Assembly (NCBI GenBank): GCA_044226015.1
Contig: JBGAHS010000009.1
Coordinates: 128,001-192,000, forward strand
Reading direction: 5' to 3'
Source of the DNA: Candidatus Obscuribacteraceae bacterium
Lineage (GTDB): Bacteria; Cyanobacteriota; Vampirovibrionia; Obscuribacterales; Obscuribacteraceae
DNA: 64,000 bases
Notes under the pieces: generated by a model
What the model saw: only the letters and a program-made list of their open reading frames with translations
The model's database searches: none
Told to the model about the DNA's origin: nothing
Program-made: the position numbers and the translations under genes
Shown here: piece after piece, positions 58,148-64,000 of the stretch
Numbering within the stretch: the stretch's first letter is position 1
Layout: every line of letters starts with the position of its first letter

Positions 58148-58693
58148 ATGTCACGTATCGGTAAAGCTCCGATCGCAATTCCAGCAGGAGTGACTGTCAC
58201 CATCAACGGTGACGAAGTCAAAGTTAAGGGACCAAAGGGTGAACTAAAACGCACCATTCGTCCGGAATTGCAAGTTGTACAGGAAGACGGCAAAATCATC
58301 GTCAAGCGTGTTTCCGAGGAACGTCTCGCTAGCAGCTTGCACGGTTTGAGCCGCACGCTGATCGCCAATATGGTGAACGGTGTCACAAATGGCTTCACGA
58401 AGAACCTCGACATCGTCGGTGTCGGTTATCGTGCCAGCGTTGAAGGCAAAACACTGGTAATGGCTCTCGGCTATTCCCATCCAGTTGAAATTCCAATTCC
58501 GGATGGCGTCACCGTGACCGTAACCAAGAACGTTGCTCTCACCGTAACTGCTGCAGATAGACAAGTTCTGGGTGACTTCTGCGCCTTCGTACGCGGAAGA
58601 AGACCTCCAGAAGTTTATAAAGGTAAGGGTGTCAAATACTCAACCGAAAAAATCCGCCGCAAAGCTGGTAAGGCTGCAAGTAAGAAGAAATAG
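58148..58693 (+). CDS. rplF: 50S ribosomal protein L6
   Basis: MSRIGK, PEVYKGKG; ATG 58148. Confidence 0.98.
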   Translation: MSRIGKAPIAIPAGVTVTINGDEVKVKGPKGELKRTIRPELQVVQEDGKIIVKRVSEERLASSLHGLSRTLIANMVNGVTNGFTKNLDIVGVGYRASVEGKTLVMALGYSHPVEIPIPDGVTVTVTKNVALTVTAADRQVLGDFCAFVRGRRPPEVYKGKGVKYSTEKIRRKAGKAASKKK

Positions 58694-58752
58694 TAGGTCA
58701 CATGTAGAGGCTCGGGGCAACTATCTCGAGCTCGCATATAGGGGTCAAGAAA

Positions 58753-59115
58753 ATGATCAAAAAGGCAGACAAAAACGAACAACGCCGCAAGAGACATATG
58801 CGCATTCGCCAGCGCATTCAAGGTACTTCCGAGCGCCCACGCCTCTGCGTATATCGTTCCAACAAACATATCTATGCGCAAATTATTGATGACGTAGCAG
58901 CTAACACCCTGGTGGCAGCTTCTACTCTCGATGAAGATGCTAAGCTCGAGAAGACTTGGGATACAGAAGCCGCAAAGGCAATCGGTACTCTCATTGCCAA
59001 CAAAGCTAAAGCTAAAGGCATAGAAAACGTTGTGTTCGACAGAGGTGGATACATCTACCACGGACGTGTAGCTGCAGTGGCAGACGCAGCACGCGAAGCG
59101 GGACTCAATTTCTAA
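58753..59115 (+). CDS. rplR: 50S ribosomal protein L18
   Basis: [21 protein letters not shown]. Confidence 0.98.
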   Translation: MIKKADKNEQRRKRHMRIRQRIQGTSERPRLCVYRSNKHIYAQIIDDVAANTLVAASTLDEDAKLEKTWDTEAAKAIGTLIANKAKAKGIENVVFDRGGYIYHGRVAAVADAAREAGLNF

Positions 59116-59139
59116 GAAGCCAACGGAGCATAAAAGGTA

Positions 59140-59736
59140 ATGTCTGACAAAGAAGAAAAATTGACGACCGGTGAAGACGCCGAAGGTACGCGCAAAGGCC
59201 GCCGTACAGCTTCCCGCGAATCTAACCGTAAGATGATGGAAGATCGCCCGAAAGAGCAATCTGAATGGGAAGAAAAAATCATCCAGGTTCGTCGTGTGAC
59301 CAAGGTAGTGAAGGGCGGTAAGAAGCTCTCCTTCCGTGCTGTGGTTGCTGTAGGAAACGGCAAGGGTTCAGTCGGAGTTGGTGTGGGCAAATCTGCTGAA
59401 GTTATCGGCGCCATCCAGAAGGGTGTTGTTGATGCGAAGAAGAGCCTCGTTTCAGTTCCGATGGTTGGAACCACAATTCCACATCCAGTAACTGGCTGCC
59501 AGGGTTCAAGCCGCATTCTAATGAAACCAGCTGCTAAAGGTACTGGTATCATCGCTGGTGGTGCAGTTCGTTCAGTTCTGGAACTTTCCGGAATCGGCGA
59601 CGTTCTGTCCAAGTGTCTTGGATCACGTTCACCACTTAATGTAGCTCGTGGAACCATCGATGGTCTGAAGCAGTTACGTACATTTGAAGAGACAGCTCGC
59701 TTGCGCGGAATCAGCGTTCGCCAGATGCTCTCATAA
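59140..59736 (+). CDS. rpsE: 30S ribosomal protein S5
   Basis: [17 protein letters not shown]. Confidence 0.98.
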   Translation: MSDKEEKLTTGEDAEGTRKGRRTASRESNRKMMEDRPKEQSEWEEKIIQVRRVTKVVKGGKKLSFRAVVAVGNGKGSVGVGVGKSAEVIGAIQKGVVDAKKSLVSVPMVGTTIPHPVTGCQGSSRILMKPAAKGTGIIAGGAVRSVLELSGIGDVLSKCLGSRSPLNVARGTIDGLKQLRTFEETARLRGISVRQMLS

Positions 59737-59801
59737 GAGATGAATGAAAAAGGCAATGCTCTGGCATTGCCTTTACTCTTGAAAAAAGAAGGAATAGTGC
59801 C

Positions 59802-60035
59802 ATGTTGAAAATTACACTTAAATCCGGATTGGTCGGATGCACAGCTAAACAAAAAAGAGTTGTGCGTGCGCTCGGTTTGGGCAAATTTGGCTCTTGCGCC
59901 TTCCATGCTGATTCACCGACAATTCGTGGAATGGTTAAAGCTATTCCGCATCTTCTCTGCGTGAAAGAAGCTGAAGGTCAAGGCAAGTGCGCAACTGAAG
60001 CCAAAGCTGAGAAAAAGAAAGCAGCTGCTAAATAG
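59802..60035 (+). CDS. rpmD: 50S ribosomal protein L30
   Basis: LKITL..G..LGL..DSPTIRGM; position between rpsE and rplO. Confidence 0.93.
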   Translation: MLKITLKSGLVGCTAKQKRVVRALGLGKFGSCAFHADSPTIRGMVKAIPHLLCVKEAEGQGKCATEAKAEKKKAAAK

Positions 60036-60134
60036 TTGCTGAGTTGATAGTACGGGCGGTGCAAGGCGCCGTCCAGGATTCTGAGGAATTCACAGTTAGC
60101 CGAGTTCGAAAGGGCGTAAGGCAAAGGAGAAAAA

Positions 60135-60629
60135 ATGAGACTTGATGATATGAGGTCGGCCGAAGGCGCCAGACGTAAATCCAAAAGAGTTGGTCGTGGT
60201 CGCGCAAGCGGACATGGTAAAACGTCAACCCGCGGTCACAACGGACAAGGTCAACGTTCAGGTGAAGGCAAGCGCTTCGGGTTCGAAGGCGGTCAGACAC
60301 CATTGTTCCGTCGCCTACCGAAAATTCACAACTTTGACGGACAAGTCAAAAGACGTGATTGGGTTCTCGTCAATGTTGGCAGCTTGAACGAATTCGCTGC
60401 TAATTCTGAAGTCAACGTAGAAACTCTCGTTGAAAAAGGTATTTTGAAGAAGTCTACAGATAGTCTTCGTATTCTTGGAAATGGTCACCTCACAGTGGCA
60501 CTGAAAGTAAGTGCACATCATGTGTCAGAAGGTGCTAAAACTAAGATTGAGGAAGCCGGTGGTTCAGTAACCGTAGTGGGACCAGCTCCGGAAACTCGCA
60601 AGAGAAGACCAACTAAGAAAGCTGACTAA
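60135..60629 (+). CDS. rplO: 50S ribosomal protein L15
   Basis: RVGRG..GHGKTS, FEGGQTPL.RRLPK. Confidence 0.98.
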   Translation: MRLDDMRSAEGARRKSKRVGRGRASGHGKTSTRGHNGQGQRSGEGKRFGFEGGQTPLFRRLPKIHNFDGQVKRRDWVLVNVGSLNEFAANSEVNVETLVEKGILKKSTDSLRILGNGHLTVALKVSAHHVSEGAKTKIEEAGGSVTVVGPAPETRKRRPTKKAD

Positions 60630-60695
60630 TTCTATGAAGGGCGGCTGATTCAGCCGCCCTCTGTACTAGACAGACTAGATTTTGAGGAAAATTCA

Positions 60696-62171
60696 ATGAC
60701 GCAAGCAGCCGCTGCCAAACGAAAGGACCCAATCGGAGGTCCTGGAGACCTCATTCAAATGCTGGGTGCAGCAGGGCTGAAAGAAAGAATACTCTTTACT
60801 GCTTGCATGATTGCGATTTACAGAATTGGGGTTCACATTCCATTGCCGGGCGTTGACCCGATGGCAATGACTAAGCACCCTGAACTTGCACAAAACCTGC
60901 TCGGAATGATCGACCTCTTCACCGGCGGTGCGCTGGGTAAGTTGTCGATTTTCTCAATGGGTATTGGTCCTTACATTACCTCGTCAATTATCATGCAGCT
61001 TATGGCTGTGGTAATTCCGAAGTTGGAAGACTTGCAGAAAAACTCGGGTGAAGCTGGGCGCCGTCAACTTTCACAGTACACGCGTTATTTGACAGTTGGT
61101 CTTGCGACTATGCAGTCTTATATGTTGGCTCGATTGCTAACGCAAATACATGGACCTGACGTAGTAGTTATTGCTGGTCCACTCTTCTTATTTTCGGCAA
61201 CCGTAATTTTGACAGCCTCAGCCCTATTCATTATGTGGTTGGGTGAAGTCATTACAGACCGTGGTATCGGAAATGGTGCATCACTGCTCATCTTCCTTGG
61301 TATTGCCTCGCGCTTGCCTACAATGGTTTCTCAAACCGCTGAAGCTGTAAACTCAGGTCAGGTGCCTGGTTTTGGTGTAGCAGTATTGGCTGCAGTTTTC
61401 CTTCTTTTGATAGCTCTGGTTGTTTGCTTGCAACAGGGTGTACGAAAGTTGAAAGTCCTGGGCGCTCGTCGTCAGGCCAAACAAGCCGGAATGATAGATG
61501 CCCCAGATGACTACATGTACCTTCCGGTGAATCCATCGGGAGTCATGGCGATCATCTTCTCCTCATCGCTACTGATGTTTCCAACTACAATCATGCAGTT
61601 TTTCGGTAAGTCAGGACACGATCCTTTTGTCGTTCTGCATGATTCATTGATTAAGGCTCCTGGTATAGGACCTGCCTTCAAAAATTTATGCGATATGAGC
61701 TGGGCACAGGAAACATGGAAATTCCTCAGCCGTGAGTTTGTTGCGTTTACTCAATACAACACGATTGAGCATTCGATAATTTACTTTTTGCTGATCATCT
61801 TCTTTGCCTTCTTTTATGCGTCAATTGTTCTTCCTACGAAGGACATGGCTGAAAACCTCCGAAGAAGCGGACGTGCAATTCAAGGCGTAAAGCCAGGTCG
61901 TCCGACCTCAGATTTCCTTGAAGTTACTCTCAACAGGCTCATCTTCATTGGTGCCACTGCCATCGCCATTGTGGCGATAGTGCCAATTCACGTAGAGCAC
62001 GCCACTGGTGTTGTCACCATGCAAGGTCTGGGCAGCACTTCACTCATCATTCTTGTCGGTGTCGCAATCGACACCCAGAGACAAATCATTACTCATGCTC
62101 TTTCTGCTCGTTACCAGGCTCGAGGCCTGTTCCGCAGTACTGGTTCTCAAACGATAAAGAAAGAAGCCTAA
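60696..62171 (+). CDS. secY: Preprotein translocase subunit SecY
   Basis: SIFSMGIGPYITSSII, GIGNGASLLIF, GVKPG, GSTSLIILVGVA. Confidence 0.98.
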   Translation: MTQAAAAKRKDPIGGPGDLIQMLGAAGLKERILFTACMIAIYRIGVHIPLPGVDPMAMTKHPELAQNLLGMIDLFTGGALGKLSIFSMGIGPYITSSIIMQLMAVVIPKLEDLQKNSGEAGRRQLSQYTRYLTVGLATMQSYMLARLLTQIHGPDVVVIAGPLFLFSATVILTASALFIMWLGEVITDRGIGNGASLLIFLGIASRLPTMVSQTAEAVNSGQVPGFGVAVLAAVFLLLIALVVCLQQGVRKLKVLGARRQAKQAGMIDAPDDYMYLPVNPSGVMAIIFSSSLLMFPTTIMQFFGKSGHDPFVVLHDSLIKAPGIGPAFKNLCDMSWAQETWKFLSREFVAFTQYNTIEHSIIYFLLIIFFAFFYASIVLPTKDMAENLRRSGRAIQGVKPGRPTSDFLEVTLNRLIFIGATAIAIVAIVPIHVEHATGVVTMQGLGSTSLIILVGVAIDTQRQIITHALSARYQARGLFRSTGSQTIKKEA

Positions 62172-62202
62172 TAGAAACTCAGATACTGGGAGAATCGAAT
62201 AA

Positions 62203-62868
62203 ATGCAAATACTTTTTCTTGGAGCGCCTGGTGCAGGCAAGGGAACTCAGTGCAAGAGAGTGGCAACAGAGTTGAATCTGCCCCATTTGTCTTCGGGCGA
62301 CCTTCTACGTGAAGCAGTTAAGGCTGGCACCGCTGCTGGTGTTCAGGCCAAGGGCTTTATGGACAAGGGTCAATTCGTTCCAGATGACGTTTTGATTGCA
62401 ATGTTTGAAGACAAGCTCTCGAGTGAAGAGTGCAAGGGTGGATTCATCCTCGACGGTTTCCCGCGCAATGTGGCTCAAGCTGAAGCTCTGGATAAGTTGC
62501 TGGCTAAGATCAAGAAAGACTTGGGTGTTGTTGTGAACCTTGATGTTGATCTAGGCAAATTGAAAGAGCGTATTGTTGGCCGTCGCCTTTGTGCAAATAA
62601 AGCTTGCAATGCGCCATACCATGTCAAGTTTCATGCTCCCAAAGCTGACAACAAGTGCGACCTTTGCGGATCTGAACTATTTCAGCGTTCAGACGACAAG
62701 GAAGAACTAGTTGATACAAGACTCAAAACATACAGTGAACAAACTGAACCACTTATCGACTATTATTCAAAGCGTAATATCCTCAAAACTTTCGATGGCA
62801 ACGGTAATGCTGATGACATCTATAACACCTTGAGGGATTTTTTTAAGAGTCTGAAAGTTCACGCATGA
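62203..62868 (+). CDS. adk: Adenylate kinase (Cys4 LID)
   Basis: GAPGAGKGTQ, LDGFPR, CANKAC..CDLC, RSDD. Confidence 0.98.
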   Translation: MQILFLGAPGAGKGTQCKRVATELNLPHLSSGDLLREAVKAGTAAGVQAKGFMDKGQFVPDDVLIAMFEDKLSSEECKGGFILDGFPRNVAQAEALDKLLAKIKKDLGVVVNLDVDLGKLKERIVGRRLCANKACNAPYHVKFHAPKADNKCDLCGSELFQRSDDKEELVDTRLKTYSEQTEPLIDYYSKRNILKTFDGNGNADDIYNTLRDFFKSLKVHA

Positions 62869-63653
62869 TATTTACTGATCCAGAAGAATTTGATTTGTTT
62901 CGCAAAGCCGGCAAAATTGCTGGTGAAGTGCTCGAAGCAATAAGCAATAAAGTTGAGCCAGGTATCACTACCTGGGAAATAGACGAGTATGCTGAAAAGC
63001 TTATTCGAGAAAAAGGCGCGATTCCCACATTCAAAGGCTATCGCGGCTTTCCAGCGACTGTTTGTATTTCAGTCAATGAGGAAGTTGTGCATGGAATTCC
63101 AAGCAAGCACAAAAAACTCAAAGAAGGAGATGTAATCAGTCTCGACTTAGGAGCCACATTGAGACGCAAAGGTAGCAAAGGTGAAAATCAAGATTTCATC
63201 GGTGATACTGCCCTCACAGTTCCGGTCGGAAAAATTCCTGACCGCTTAGCAAAATTACTCGAAGATACCAAAGCATCTTTGTATGCAGGAATTCGAGCTG
63301 CCCTCGCTGGTGCTACTCTAGACGAGCTTGCCGGGCCCATCGAAGACATTGCTAAAGCTAACTCCTATGGCATTGTCAGGGAGTACGGCGGTCACGGAAT
63401 TGGTTACAAGTACCATGAAGAGCCGTTCATTTTGAATTATCGAACTGGTAGTAAGGAACGACTCAAACCTGGTATGGTTATAGCGATCGAACCCATGTTC
63501 AATTTGGGCGGCGATCGAGTGAAGGTCAAATCTGACAAATGGACCGTTGTAACGCAAGATTACAAGCCATCTGCACATTTTGAACATTCACTTTTGATAA
63601 TGGAAAACGGCGAGCCTGAGATATTGACAAGGCGTCCTAACGAACAAATATGA
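62865..63653 (+). CDS. map: Methionine aminopeptidase type I
   Basis: [31 protein letters not shown]. Confidence 0.98.
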   Translation: MIFTDPEEFDLFRKAGKIAGEVLEAISNKVEPGITTWEIDEYAEKLIREKGAIPTFKGYRGFPATVCISVNEEVVHGIPSKHKKLKEGDVISLDLGATLRRKGSKGENQDFIGDTALTVPVGKIPDRLAKLLEDTKASLYAGIRAALAGATLDELAGPIEDIAKANSYGIVREYGGHGIGYKYHEEPFILNYRTGSKERLKPGMVIAIEPMFNLGGDRVKVKSDKWTVVTQDYKPSAHFEHSLLIMENGEPEILTRRPNEQI

Positions 63654-63871
63654 ATAAACAAGGTGTGATCGAGTTCGAAGGTACAATCCGCGAAAGCCTT
63701 CCCAATGCTATGTTTCGGGTCGAGCTGGATAACGGGCACAAGGTGCTCGCGCATATTTCCGGAAAAATTCGCAAAAACTTCATTAAGATTCTCCCCGGTG
63801 ATCGAGTGCGTGTAGAGCTCACTCCATACGACCTGACCCGCGGGCGCATCACTTACAGAATTAAAGATTGA
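63650..63871 (+). CDS. infA: Translation initiation factor IF-1
   Basis: [25 protein letters not shown]. Confidence 0.99.
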   Translation: MNKQGVIEFEGTIRESLPNAMFRVELDNGHKVLAHISGKIRKNFIKILPGDRVRVELTPYDLTRGRITYRIKD

Positions 63872-64000
63872 GGTAGAATATACCTCCTGTTCGCGGCTGC
63901 ATTGGCTGGACCTCACCAGTCAAGTTTTTTCGGTCCAAAAAGGCCCCGGGAATAAAGCCCGGAGGCTTTATCGTCAGTTCAAGAGTTCCAATCAAGCGGA

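Noticed and set aside
58615..59906. Long minus-strand ORFs (214 and 264 aa) in the ribosomal cluster
   Set aside because: Antisense to rplR, rpsE and rpmD; explained by codon bias.
63880..64000. rpmJ or an RNA gene after infA
   Set aside because: Only short hairpins are visible; no L36 reading frame or tRNA fold before the window ends.

Overview
Bacterial chromosomal window. The gene content and ribosomal protein sequences suggest a non-photosynthetic relative of Cyanobacteria (Vampirovibrionia/Melainabacteria, Obscuribacterales-like); this is inference. The last ~13.6 kb is an S10-spc ribosomal protein cluster (rpsJ to infA, including rpsN, rpmD, secY, adk and map). The first 50 kb is mixed. 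It holds two Ser/Thr kinases, a prolyl-4-hydroxylase-like dioxygenase, a TPR protein with an FrpC self-processing-module-like domain, a ~4,660-aa beta-helical adhesin-like protein with no visible transporter, an acyl-CoA ligase, a type-2 valS, and Sel1/TPR proteins. The best candidate for an undescribed system is a GlnX-like four-TM receptor coupled to a 222-aa 'mini-PknG' that keeps the N-terminal Cys cluster and C-terminal PknG-like tail but has no kinase domain, divergent from an APC-family transporter (22.9-27.1 kb). Other candidates are a lipoprotein plus ubiquitin-like/wHTH gene pair and an MshEN-TPR / cNMP-DUF4388 operon. No rRNA, tRNA, CRISPR array or transposase was recognised. All family assignments come from reading motifs by eye, not from database searches.
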